Source: Candidatus Hermodarchaeota archaeon (GTDB taxonomy: Archaea; Asgardarchaeota; Lokiarchaeia; Sigyniarchaeales; SOKP01). Taken from it: a stretch of 64,000 bases of DNA. The stretch lies in the NCBI GenBank assembly GCA_048885525.1, contig JBHLLP010000003.1:74851-138850 (forward strand), read 5' to 3'. Shown piece after piece: positions 28,155 through 38,491 of the stretch; the first letter of the stretch is position 1; every line of letters begins with the position of its first letter. Both the position numbers and the translations under genes were made by a program. Below the pieces are notes generated by a model. The model was not told where the DNA came from. It saw only the letters and a list, made by a program, of their open reading frames with translations, and did no database searches.

Positions 28155-28529
28155 TCATTTAGTTTTTAAGGTTATCAAATCTGAATCTCCAAAATCAATT
28201 ATACCTATAATAGAAATCATGTAAGGCTTAGCGCAAGCCAGCCCTAAATCCCAACTTGAACCTTTGTATTTATAGATAAAAATTTGATCTTTTAAAAGAG
28301 AATTATAATAATTTAATTGATTCATTAATTCTTCAGGGCAATTATAACTTACTATAAGCATTTTAAAGGGATTTTCTCTTTTTAATCTCTTCAGAACTTG
28401 ATTTTTACCATAAACTATTTTACCAGTTTTGTATACAACTCTAAGATTGGTGTCAATATCAAATTCCTTAGTTTTTTTCCTACTTAGATCAACTTTCTCT
28501 GTTACAGTTTTACTTTTTCCCTTTGCCAT
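28155..28529 (-). CDS. rpl30e: 50S ribosomal protein L30e
   Basis: KTGKIVYG, NCP, YKGSSWDLGLACAKPY, GDSDLI. Confidence 0.93.
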   Translation of the reverse strand: MAKGKSKTVTEKVDLSRKKTKEFDIDTNLRVVYKTGKIVYGKNQVLKRLKRENPFKMLIVSYNCPEELMNQLNYYNSLLKDQIFIYKYKGSSWDLGLACAKPYMISIIGIIDFGDSDLITLKTK

Positions 28530-28636
28530 AGTATTATCAATCAGTATCTATATATTAAGTTATAAGAATAATACTTTTTTAATTTTTTTTTAGGCACAAT
28601 TTTGTTATTTGATCCTAATTAAAATTTTTCGATTAT

Positions 28637-29839
28637 TTACAGCTTTTTTTTCTTTTTTTTTAAGAGATCTAAATTCGCATCAAGATCAAACATAACACTC
28701 ACACGTCCAGAACCAATTGGGCTAATTTGACCCACAATCACGTTTTCTGGTATCCCAAGTAAACGTTCTTCTTCTCCATAAAGACCAGCATCAAGTAGTT
28801 GATTAACAGTAACCTCAAAAGCAGCTCTTGCAAACACACTTGATTTTGAACCTGAAATTCCATGTCTTCCAATAGATTGAATTGATCCAGAATAACACAT
28901 TAGATCTGCTAAAATTAGGAGATGCCTCAAATCTACATCTAATCCTTGTTGTTCTAAGACTTTTTGAGATTCTAATATTATCATTCGACGTGCTGCTTCT
29001 ACGCCATAAAGTTTTTCTATTTCATGAATGTGGTTTGACACAGTTCTTGTTATATCTACTCCTTCAATTTGTATTACACTTTGCATATTAGTACCTTCAG
29101 TTTTAATTATCCATTCTTTACTATCATCTGAAGGAGTCAATAATCCCCTCTTTACACCCCTAATCCCTTTTACAACTTTTTTAAGTATCTTTTCTCTTAA
29201 TTTTTGCAGACTCTGCAGATCTTCTATTCCAGGATCTATAATTATAGAATTTCCTTCGCGTTTTATTGTTCCTTTCTTTTTATAACGTTTTAAGATTTCT
29301 GGAATTTCGTTAATTTCAATTCCTTTTTTTTCACAAATTTCTGGTATTAAATTGATAACAATATTCCAATTCACAAAATCTAAATCAACATCATGAGTAA
29401 TTTGCTCTATGCGTATTTGTTCAATACGGTTATGAACATCAATTGCTTTATCTTCGCTTTCATTATATGGTTCCTCAAGATAGATCGTCATTTGTGGTGT
29501 ACTAGGAAACCTTCTCGCATCAACAATTTCTATTAGCCGAGGGAGTCCCTGTGTAACAGAGAACTCTTCTACTCCCGCATAATGAAAGGTACGTAACGTC
29601 ATTTGAGTTCCAGGTTCACCAATTGATTGAGCAGCTACAGTACCCACAGGTTCTGAAGTTTCGACAAGAGCATTGGTAAAATTAATATATATTTTGTTTA
29701 ATAAATACTCAAGTTGTTCCTCTTCTAAATCCTCGTCAATTAGTCTTTCCCTAATTTTATTTATTAAATCATCGGGAATTCCATCTTCTTTCAACATATT
29801 TAGTTGTTCTTCTAAATGCTCTGGATTTACTTTTGCCAT
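28637..29839 (-). CDS. rpoA2: DNA-directed RNA polymerase subunit A'' (Rpo1C)
   Basis: [49 protein letters not shown]. Confidence 0.97.
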   Translation of the reverse strand: MAKVNPEHLEEQLNMLKEDGIPDDLINKIRERLIDEDLEEEQLEYLLNKIYINFTNALVETSEPVGTVAAQSIGEPGTQMTLRTFHYAGVEEFSVTQGLPRLIEIVDARRFPSTPQMTIYLEEPYNESEDKAIDVHNRIEQIRIEQITHDVDLDFVNWNIVINLIPEICEKKGIEINEIPEILKRYKKKGTIKREGNSIIIDPGIEDLQSLQKLREKILKKVVKGIRGVKRGLLTPSDDSKEWIIKTEGTNMQSVIQIEGVDITRTVSNHIHEIEKLYGVEAARRMIILESQKVLEQQGLDVDLRHLLILADLMCYSGSIQSIGRHGISGSKSSVFARAAFEVTVNQLLDAGLYGEEERLLGIPENVIVGQISPIGSGRVSVMFDLDANLDLLKKKKKKL

Positions 29840-29870
29840 TATTCTGTTCCTTTTTTAGTTAAATAAATAT

Positions 29871-32798
29871 TTATCCTAATTTTTCTTCTTTCCATTCTAA
29901 ATAAGCTTTAGTTTCCTTACCACGCCAAATTGCGTTTTTGCCAGTTTCAGCTTCAAATTCTTCTATTAAAGCTTTATCATCCACTGTTTTTTTCTTTGGT
30001 TTTGGTTTATCTGCAGTTGTTTTAACGGGTTTTTTCTCAGAAACCTGTTTTTCTTTCGTTATTGATGGTTTTTTTGTAGGGCTTTCTTTGAGTACCTTAC
30101 GTACTTCTTGAACATTTAAAGCTTTAGCTTTCAATAATAAAACATCCAAATTTACAGCAGCACCATGATCTGTGTGCATGGCATCTATACCATCGTCCCC
30201 GAAACGGAATTGAATAATATTTTTGTCAGAGTTTCTGACAGTGCCATCATTTTCAACAATCATATCTTGTAAAGCGTTTACTAATCTCCGTTGCATATAT
30301 CCAGATGTGCTTGTTCGTACAGCGGTGTCTACAAGACCCTCTCTACCTCCCATGGCATGGAAGAAAAATTCTACTGGTTTTAATCCATTTCTATAGGAAG
30401 AAGATACAAATCCTCTCGATTTGGGAGAAAGATCATTAACCTTAAAATGAGGTAATGTTCTCATACTATATCCTCGATTAATTCTCTCACCTCTAATTGC
30501 TTGTTGTCCAACAACAGCAGACATTTGGCCTAAATTTAAAATATTACCTCGAGCTCCAGATTTTGTCATGATAACAGAATGGGCTTCATCTCCAATGAAT
30601 TCTGCTGCTGTTTCTTCCGCTTGTTTTCTTGCTTCCGCTAATACCTGTCTAATTCGTAATTCTAATGTTTCTCTCATTGAACGTCCAGGTGCTCTTCTAA
30701 GAATTTTTGTATCATTTTCGTAAAAAGCATTTATTAATTTCTCAGACTCTAGATTTGCATCTTTTAAAATTTTTTGAATTTCTTCATATGCATGTCCATG
30801 TACATACACTTCATCTAATCCCATTGTCATCCCATTTTGCCGAATAACATATAAGAGCATTTTTGTAGCACTATCTAAAAATTGCGCACCTCGAGCATTC
30901 CCATGATCTTTAATAATTCGTTGTAATATACTATTTGATTGCATAGCACCAAAAGAATTCTCATCAACAGTTCCAGTTATTAATTTACCATTTTCAATGA
31001 CTACATAAGCATCATAAGAACAATTTTCTTCTTCACAGATTTCACATTTTTTACAAAATTTGGACTTGACTTTAATGTTTAGATCATCTGGAAATAATGA
31101 ACTAAAAATTTCTTTGCCAGAATACATTGGTTCTGGATCAGTAATTACAGGAGTGAGTTGAACCAAACTAAAATTAGGATTATTTTTATAAATATCTCCA
31201 AAATACAACAATTTTAGGGTGTCTTTCTTATTGTATAATGAATTTTTACTCGTAAATTGGAATACGCTTGAAATAAAATCTTGGATTCCACCAAGGATTG
31301 GTCCACCAAACCGTGGAGATAATATGTGTTCTTGAACTTTGAGAAGTAATTCTGCTTCTGTACGGGCTTCTTCACTTTGAGGTACATGTAAATTCATTTC
31401 GTCCCCATCAAAGTCGGCGTTATAGGGGGGACATACTGTTAAATTGAGTCGAAAAGTCCTTCCTTCCATTATTTTTACTTCATGAGCCATTATACTCATT
31501 CGATGAAGTGAAGGTTGCCGATTGAATAAAACCAAATCTCCATCATTAAGATGACGTTCGATTGTAAAACCCGGTGCGAGCATATCAGCTATTATCTTTC
31601 GATTTTTTACATACCGTAAATCAATTCTTCTTCGATCATTCCGAATGATATAATTCGCTCCTGGATGTCTAAAAGGACCATTTAAAACCATTTGCTTCAT
31701 TTCTTCGATATTCCAGTCATTAACATTCGTAGGGATTGTTAAAATTTTCGCAATTTCTATTGGAACTCCTACTTCATTAATACTGATATATGGATTAGGT
31801 GATATCACACTACGGGCCGAAAAATCAACCCTTTTACCGCTTAAATTACTTCTAAATCGACCCTCCTTACCTTTCAACCTTTGAGTTAAAGTTCTAAGTG
31901 CTCTCCCAGAACGATGCCTAGCTGGAGGTATACCAGACACTTGATTATCAAAATATGTTGTAATATGATATTGTAATAATTCCCAGAGATCTTCAACTAT
32001 TAAATGAGGAGCTCCTGCATCAATATTTTCTCGTAATCTTTGGTTAATTCGAATAACATCTACTAATTTATGTGTCAAGTCATCTTCGGAACGAATACCG
32101 CTATCTAAAGTAATTGATGGTCTCGCACATACTGGAGGAATTGGTAAAACTGTAAATACGACCCATTCTAACCGTGCATTTTCGGGTGAAATGCCAAGAA
32201 TCCTAAGATCTATGTCACCAATTTTCTTTAAACGTTCTAAAATCTCAATAGGTGTTATTCTCCGTGAACCTTTTCCTTCTTCCTCTTCATAAAACGTAGT
32301 TGGTTTCTCGATAATTATCTTCTTTTTAGTAGCACCACAATAAGGACAAATTTTTGCTTTTCTTGCTCTTTTAAATACAATCTTAGCAGCATCCTCATCA
32401 CCCTCGAAAAATATTTTTCGATGTGTTATTTGTTCTTGCCTGAATTTCTCTTTTTCATCTTCCGTGAGCATTAATTTGCTGCATTCCGGGCAAATGCTTC
32501 TCAAAACCTTTAAAACTTTTTTAGCATAACCTACGTGAATAACTGGACGAGCGAGTTCTATATGACCAAAATGGCCCATACAATTGCTTACTAGATTACC
32601 ACAAGTCTGACATCGTTGTCCAGGCTCGATAGTACCTAATCTCTGGTCCATCAGACCACTTGGTATTGGTAGTCCATCCTCGTCATAGGTGTCAGCAGTA
32701 ATAATTCTTGCTGCAGACATCTTACGTATTTCATTTGGACTTAAGAGACCAAATTTTATTTTTTCTATCATCTTCGTCCTACTGAAGGTATAGCTCAT
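29871..32798 (-). CDS. rpoA1: DNA-directed RNA polymerase subunit A' (Rpo1N) with a C-terminal extension
   Basis: GHFGHIEL, GKRVDFSARSVI, NRQPSLH, catalytic YNADFDGDEMN, GGREGLVDTAVRT. Confidence 0.98.
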   Translation of the reverse strand: MSYTFSRTKMIEKIKFGLLSPNEIRKMSAARIITADTYDEDGLPIPSGLMDQRLGTIEPGQRCQTCGNLVSNCMGHFGHIELARPVIHVGYAKKVLKVLRSICPECSKLMLTEDEKEKFRQEQITHRKIFFEGDEDAAKIVFKRARKAKICPYCGATKKKIIIEKPTTFYEEEEGKGSRRITPIEILERLKKIGDIDLRILGISPENARLEWVVFTVLPIPPVCARPSITLDSGIRSEDDLTHKLVDVIRINQRLRENIDAGAPHLIVEDLWELLQYHITTYFDNQVSGIPPARHRSGRALRTLTQRLKGKEGRFRSNLSGKRVDFSARSVISPNPYISINEVGVPIEIAKILTIPTNVNDWNIEEMKQMVLNGPFRHPGANYIIRNDRRRIDLRYVKNRKIIADMLAPGFTIERHLNDGDLVLFNRQPSLHRMSIMAHEVKIMEGRTFRLNLTVCPPYNADFDGDEMNLHVPQSEEARTEAELLLKVQEHILSPRFGGPILGGIQDFISSVFQFTSKNSLYNKKDTLKLLYFGDIYKNNPNFSLVQLTPVITDPEPMYSGKEIFSSLFPDDLNIKVKSKFCKKCEICEEENCSYDAYVVIENGKLITGTVDENSFGAMQSNSILQRIIKDHGNARGAQFLDSATKMLLYVIRQNGMTMGLDEVYVHGHAYEEIQKILKDANLESEKLINAFYENDTKILRRAPGRSMRETLELRIRQVLAEARKQAEETAAEFIGDEAHSVIMTKSGARGNILNLGQMSAVVGQQAIRGERINRGYSMRTLPHFKVNDLSPKSRGFVSSSYRNGLKPVEFFFHAMGGREGLVDTAVRTSTSGYMQRRLVNALQDMIVENDGTVRNSDKNIIQFRFGDDGIDAMHTDHGAAVNLDVLLLKAKALNVQEVRKVLKESPTKKPSITKEKQVSEKKPVKTTADKPKPKKKTVDDKALIEEFEAETGKNAIWRGKETKAYLEWKEEKLG

Positions 32799-33094
32799 AA
32801 ATCCAAAACCTCTATATTTTCATTCATATACAAAATACCTCCAAATAACAACCCTCATTAATAAAATTTGAAGAAGAAGTACGATTCATGGGAGAAAATA
32901 TCCTCTATAACAGTTATAAAATGCTAATCTTAAAAAATAAGAGTACGAGTCTTCCACTGTAAGTTAATAAAGATAACAAATATTAAAAATTTTACTGTTT
33001 TGGGCATTTTAAATTTTCGAATATATTTAAATAGGCGAATTTGCATTTGATACTTTAAATATTTTTTTCACTAAAAAAAAAAAGAGAGGTAGAA

Positions 33095-34600
33095 ATGAAA
33101 GATTTTCAAAAAGCAAGATTATTTAGTTTAATCTTTATGAGTATTCTTATTTTTGGATTGTTAACATTCAATGCGAAAGCAGATAATGGCCCCCCCACTC
33201 CTGAAGAAGCGTTCGGCTCTGGTCATACATTTGAAGAAGGCTATTGGGATACAAATGTATTTAATAATTCAAAATGGGATCACCCTGAAGTTAATAACAT
33301 GACATCGTGGCTAAATAATACTTGGAATATCAAATGGATTAAAGAAGGAAATTTTGAAATGGGTATGCTAGCATTTGTTAACAAAACACATTTTGAAATG
33401 GGAGAATATTCAACATATACAACACCAGCACAATTTTGGTGGCAACATGCTTATTTGAATGGTTCAGAAATTCTAATTGCATCAATGCATTGTGCCTGGT
33501 TTGGTTTTGATGATACTATCATAGCTGATGATAATTATACGGATGGAGAATCCATAAATCCATTTTTTTATATGGGTGTAGCTAATAAAGAGATGCGAGA
33601 ACAAGTGGGTATTTATTCAAATCCTCGAACTGAAGTAACGAATATAGAAAGAACTGTAAGTGGGCCCATCATCACATATACTTGGAGTTATAAATATAAT
33701 GATATTATTTTTTATGTACCACATACCGATAATGTTAGTGGAACAAGAATTTTTGATTGGGGTTTTGATTATGATGATCCCGGTTCTTATATTAATGGAT
33801 CATCAGTAATCGGTAATCAAACTTATGTTATGTATACGTATACTTTGGAGATAGATACAACTGCTGGTGAGGCTATCTTGCATCAAGATTATGAAATAGG
33901 AGAGTTTGGTGTTTTAATGGCAAGGATTTCAAATGTCAGCCCTTGGGTAGAGGTAGGGGATGGAGCCCCTGGATATATGCCAGATAGTTGGGCAATGGCA
34001 TTAGGTACATGGAGTTTCATCATGGCAGATCAAGATTGGGCAATGACAGATCACGAAAAAGGAGAAATTAATGCTACTGTTCATAAAACAGGTTTAACTA
34101 CTGTAGAAACGACTTTAGGAGGATCTCATGCATTTGATTTTGGATTTAGTCAAAAACCAACATATGAGCTTACAGATATTGGGGGAACCACACCTAATAC
34201 ATATCCAGTTCTTTATGAATGCTTGGATGTTAATCATGATTCAGAATTTATTGAATTTGTTTCAGGAATGCTTCCATTAATGGGGAATTTTGCTAGATTG
34301 GTAATTAGTTATGCTGTTAATCAAACAAATCAATTTACAAATGGAATTCCTTTTGAAGATGCATGGGACGGATTTCATCCTAATGAAACTGCAGCTTTCT
34401 TTATTACTTGTTATCCTAAGTATGGTGAGAGTGGAGGAGGAAAACTCCTTCATGATCCGGTATTTACAGCATATTTTGATGCAAGTAAAGAAAAACCGTT
34501 TATATCAGGTTATTATATTGAAATTCTGACTATAACTTTAATAGTAGGTATATCAGTTTTTATCATTTCAAAGATGAAATTTAAAAAACTAATTCATTAG
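33095..34600 (+). CDS. Secreted/cell-surface glycoprotein with a C-terminal membrane anchor
   Basis: Signal peptide (..NAKA|D), 13 N-x-S/T sequons counted by eye, HDPVF near the C-terminus, then ISGY + TM + basic tail. Confidence 0.8.
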   Translation: MKDFQKARLFSLIFMSILIFGLLTFNAKADNGPPTPEEAFGSGHTFEEGYWDTNVFNNSKWDHPEVNNMTSWLNNTWNIKWIKEGNFEMGMLAFVNKTHFEMGEYSTYTTPAQFWWQHAYLNGSEILIASMHCAWFGFDDTIIADDNYTDGESINPFFYMGVANKEMREQVGIYSNPRTEVTNIERTVSGPIITYTWSYKYNDIIFYVPHTDNVSGTRIFDWGFDYDDPGSYINGSSVIGNQTYVMYTYTLEIDTTAGEAILHQDYEIGEFGVLMARISNVSPWVEVGDGAPGYMPDSWAMALGTWSFIMADQDWAMTDHEKGEINATVHKTGLTTVETTLGGSHAFDFGFSQKPTYELTDIGGTTPNTYPVLYECLDVNHDSEFIEFVSGMLPLMGNFARLVISYAVNQTNQFTNGIPFEDAWDGFHPNETAAFFITCYPKYGESGGGKLLHDPVFTAYFDASKEKPFISGYYIEILTITLIVGISVFIISKMKFKKLIH

Positions 34601-34710
34601 TAAAAACTAAAATATATTAAATTTCAATATCTTTTTTTTAAACAAAATAGATATAATTTCTAACTGTTTTTAAAAGAGTTTAATTTAATACTATATTTAA
34701 ATAACTATAA

Positions 34711-35319
34711 ATGAAGATAATTGACTTTTTTCGAAGTAGAATAATATTATTTCTTATTCAAATATTACTTCTAAGCTCTTTTATTTATAGTTTGGGATAC
34801 TTTTTCAAAATTAATTTTGATGCAGGTACATTAATAGAACAAGAAGTGATTATTCAGTTTTTAGCAAATTATATCTTGTTTGATGACTTATTGGGTTTAT
34901 GCTTTATTTATATAAGCTGGATAATCGTATCATTATTGCCTATTTTCATTTTTAATAATTTTAAGAAGGCATATTCGATGAATTTAATGACATTTTTCTT
35001 TCCAAATTTTTTTCTTTATGTTTTTTTATGGAAGTATTCACCAGATTATTTTAATTTAAATTTTCAATTTCATCTTTTACATACAATCTTGCTTGGATTA
35101 GTAATTATTGGGATTTCAATAGGACTTTCACTATTAATAAAGAAAATTACTAAAAAAGAAGTAATAACTCAAATCGAAGATTTATCTATCTTAGCAAGTG
35201 AAGGCAAAAAAGTGTGTCCAAATTGTGGAACTGAATTTGAATCTGTCCCTAAATTTTGTTATAAATGTAATACAGATCTATCAATAATAACTGGTAATAA
35301 TAATGGAAATAAACAATAA
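34711..35319 (+). CDS. Membrane protein with a C-terminal zinc ribbon
   Basis: About four TM helices; CPNCG...FCYKC; overlaps the next gene. Confidence 0.75.
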   Translation: MKIIDFFRSRIILFLIQILLLSSFIYSLGYFFKINFDAGTLIEQEVIIQFLANYILFDDLLGLCFIYISWIIVSLLPIFIFNNFKKAYSMNLMTFFFPNFFLYVFLWKYSPDYFNLNFQFHLLHTILLGLVIIGISIGLSLLIKKITKKEVITQIEDLSILASEGKKVCPNCGTEFESVPKFCYKCNTDLSIITGNNNGNKQ

Positions 35320-36766
35320 AAAACAATCATTAGAGAGACTATTTAACCCGGAAAAGGTTGTAATTTTTAAAATAAATCAGAGCATTTCTTTTTTTATAGA
35401 AGGATTTAAAAGACAAGGTTTTGATTTAGAAAAGTTATTTTTAATTTCAACAAAAGAGAAAGAGTTTTTGGGTTTAAGATGTTATAATACGATTGAGGGA
35501 ATTCCAGAAGATACAATTGATCTACTAATTTTATCAATAAGGAGAGATTTGCTTATAGAGTCTTTAGAACACATTTTATCAAAAAAAAAAGTAAGGTTTA
35601 TCCATATCTTTACTGCAGGAACTGGGGAATTTGATGAATTAGGTATTGAAATTGAGCGAAAGCTAAAGAGGTTATTAGATAATCATCAATTTACAAGAGC
35701 AATAGGCCCTAATTGTATGGGTTTATATAGTCCACGTGGAAAAACTGCTTATTATTCCTCATTTCCTGTAGAGAGAGGTAAAATTGGTCTTATATTTCAA
35801 TCAGGAGATTTACATTCTAAAATGATAAAATTTGGTTCACGAAGATATAATCTTAGGTTCTCAATTGGAATAAGTATAGGTAATTGTATAGATCTACAAA
35901 TCTCAGAAATTTTGGAATATCTCAATAATGATGTTGAAACTGATGTAATATGTGTTTATTTCGAAGGAATTTCACCATTCCACAAAAATGAGGGAAAAAG
36001 ATTATTGAATATTCTTAAAAAAATGGAAAAACCAGTTTTATTTATGAGGGGTGGAAGAACTTCAAGAGGTCAAACCGCTGTTTTGACTCATACAGGAGCT
36101 ATAGCGACAAAAGGTGATATTTGGAGTGCGATCTATAAACAAACCACTATTATTGAAGTTCCTCCTTCTTTGGATGAACTAATTGAATATACTTTTCTTT
36201 TTTCAAGTTATATTTCTCGGTTTCGTACATTAAAGAAGAGTGTTATTTACCCTAAGCAAAAAAGAGCTCTAGTAATTCTTTGGTCTGGTGGTTTTGGTAT
36301 ATTGGCAACAGATACCTTAATAGAGCTAGGATTAGAGTTACCTTATTTTGAAGGTGATGCTTTAGAGAAGTTAAAAGAAATATACCCAATAAAGGTTGGT
36401 AGTTTATCAAACCCTTTTGATTTACCTTGGATAACACACCAAAAAGTGCTAGTGGATGTGTGTAAATCCGCTATTAACGAGAATTTTGATTTAATACTTG
36501 TTGAAACCGATGCTTGGAAAGATATGGAAGGTGAACGTTTCAAAGGTTATTATAATAATTTATTAGAGTTAAGAGAGTATGTTGAATCATTAAATAAGGT
36601 ATTTATTATTATCCTACATCAATATCCTAGTGAATCTCAAGCAAAATTTAATCAACTACTATTGAATAATAATTTCATTGTTTATCCTACAATTGAAGCT
36701 GCTGCTAAATCATTTTTGAAATTATATGAATATGGAAAAAAGTTAAGCAAGATAAAATCAAAATAG
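35303..36766 (+). CDS. CoA-binding protein, acyl-CoA synthetase (NDP-forming) alpha-like
   Basis: LFNPE, FTAG, IGPNCMG, QSG, SIGNCID, YFEG, THTGA, SGGFG, SNPFDL. Confidence 0.82.
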   Translation: MEINNKKQSLERLFNPEKVVIFKINQSISFFIEGFKRQGFDLEKLFLISTKEKEFLGLRCYNTIEGIPEDTIDLLILSIRRDLLIESLEHILSKKKVRFIHIFTAGTGEFDELGIEIERKLKRLLDNHQFTRAIGPNCMGLYSPRGKTAYYSSFPVERGKIGLIFQSGDLHSKMIKFGSRRYNLRFSIGISIGNCIDLQISEILEYLNNDVETDVICVYFEGISPFHKNEGKRLLNILKKMEKPVLFMRGGRTSRGQTAVLTHTGAIATKGDIWSAIYKQTTIIEVPPSLDELIEYTFLFSSYISRFRTLKKSVIYPKQKRALVILWSGGFGILATDTLIELGLELPYFEGDALEKLKEIYPIKVGSLSNPFDLPWITHQKVLVDVCKSAINENFDLILVETDAWKDMEGERFKGYYNNLLELREYVESLNKVFIIILHQYPSESQAKFNQLLLNNNFIVYPTIEAAAKSFLKLYEYGKKLSKIKSK

Positions 36767-36934
36767 TAAACAGATCCTAATTTTTTTTTATATATTTTTG
36801 TTTTTTCTCCTAATTTAATAATTCTTTAATTAAGTTCAATTTTATTTTAGAGTAAAATCTAAAAATCTAAATCTAATGTTTAACACACGTTATATAAAAT
36901 AATTTCAGTCTCAGTTATTTAATAGATCATAAAA

Positions 36935-38413
36935 ATGGTTAGTGCGATGAATAAAAAATCCTTAGATCTTTTATTTAAACCCCGAAATATTGCAATATTT
37001 GAAGCAAAAGAAAAATTTGGATATTTTATTGAGGGTTTTAAACAACAAGGATATAATTTAGAGAAATTATTTTTAGTATCACCAGCAGAGGAAGAGATCT
37101 CTGGTATAAATTGCTATAAATCGATTGATGACATACCTGATAATGCAATCGATTTACTGATTTTAGCGGTTAGAAGAGAATTACTTATGCCATCTTTAGA
37201 AGAAATTACATCGAAAAAGAAAATCAATTTTATACATATTTTTACTGCGGGAACAGGAGAATTCGATGATATTGGTGTGAAAATTGAAAAACAATTAAAA
37301 AATTTTTTTGATAATCACACTAATATAAAAGCTATAGGTCCTAATTGTATGGGTATTTATTGCCCCGGTGGAAAGACTGCATATCTCCCTAGATTTCCAC
37401 TAGACGATGGGAATATTGGATTAATTTACCACTCTGGCGATTTACATTCAAGAGTAATAATGTACGGATATAGTAGATATCAACTTACGTTTTCAAAAGG
37501 AGTAAGTATAGGCAATTGTGTAAGTTTGCAAGTGACGGACTTTTTGGAATATTTTGAAAATGATAATGATATTGATATAATTAGTGTATATTTTGAAGGT
37601 TTTTCAAAATACCAAGAATCAGCAGGAAAAAAGTTATTAACTATTTTAAAAAAAATAAAAAAACCCATATTATTTTTAAGAGGAGGAATGACAGATCGCG
37701 CTCAATCAGCAGTTCAGACTCATACTGGTTCTTTAGGATCAGATGAAAGGATATGGGAAGGAGTTTTTAAACAAACACCATTGATTGAAGTGGGAAGTTC
37801 TTTAGATGAAATGGTTGATTATTTGTTTATTTTTCATAGCTTTTTTAAAAAATATAGAGATTTAATATTTGAAGAACGAATCAAATATTTTCCTAAAGGT
37901 AATAATGTCCTAGTTATTATGTGGTCAGGGGGATTAGGAATTCTTAACACTGATACTTTAACAAAACTAGGCTTTAATCTACCTTTATTTGAAAGTGAGA
38001 TAAAACAAAGATTAATGGAAATATATCCAATTAAAGTAGGTTCTCTCAATAACCCTTTAGATTTACCATGGATTTCCCGATCAGAAAAATATGTTGAATT
38101 ATGTAAGGCTGCAATTACAGAAAATATTGATCTTATAATTATGCACACTAATGCATTTGGTTATGAAGACAAAGAGAGGTTTGAAAGATATTACAATAAT
38201 TTAAAAGAAATTCGGGATCATATTGAGTCTTTAAATAAGATTTTGATATTGATTTTGGCAGATACTCCCACTAAAATTCGTAATGATTATTATCAACTTC
38301 TTATTGATGCTAACTTTATTGTTTATCCGTCTATTGAGCGTGGTGCTAAATCCTTCTCAAAATTGTACGAATTTGGTAAGAAAATAGAGAGATTAAATAA
38401 AGAACTTAACTAA
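36935..38413 (+). CDS. CoA-binding protein, acyl-CoA synthetase (NDP-forming) alpha-like (tandem paralog)
   Basis: LFKPR, FTAGTGEFD, IGPNCMG, HSG, SIGNC, YFEG, THTGSL, SGGLG, NNPLDLPW. Confidence 0.82.
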   Translation: MVSAMNKKSLDLLFKPRNIAIFEAKEKFGYFIEGFKQQGYNLEKLFLVSPAEEEISGINCYKSIDDIPDNAIDLLILAVRRELLMPSLEEITSKKKINFIHIFTAGTGEFDDIGVKIEKQLKNFFDNHTNIKAIGPNCMGIYCPGGKTAYLPRFPLDDGNIGLIYHSGDLHSRVIMYGYSRYQLTFSKGVSIGNCVSLQVTDFLEYFENDNDIDIISVYFEGFSKYQESAGKKLLTILKKIKKPILFLRGGMTDRAQSAVQTHTGSLGSDERIWEGVFKQTPLIEVGSSLDEMVDYLFIFHSFFKKYRDLIFEERIKYFPKGNNVLVIMWSGGLGILNTDTLTKLGFNLPLFESEIKQRLMEIYPIKVGSLNNPLDLPWISRSEKYVELCKAAITENIDLIIMHTNAFGYEDKERFERYYNNLKEIRDHIESLNKILILILADTPTKIRNDYYQLLIDANFIVYPSIERGAKSFSKLYEFGKKIERLNKELN

Positions 38414-38491
38414 TTTTTCAAAGTTTTGATTTTTAAATTTATAGATTTTCTAATGCAAAACAATTTATGTTGTTCATAATTTATTTATTCA

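Noticed and set aside
32875-32950. AGTACGA direct repeat upstream of rpoA1
   Set aside because: Only two 7-bp copies with no convincing structure; insufficient evidence for a regulatory element.
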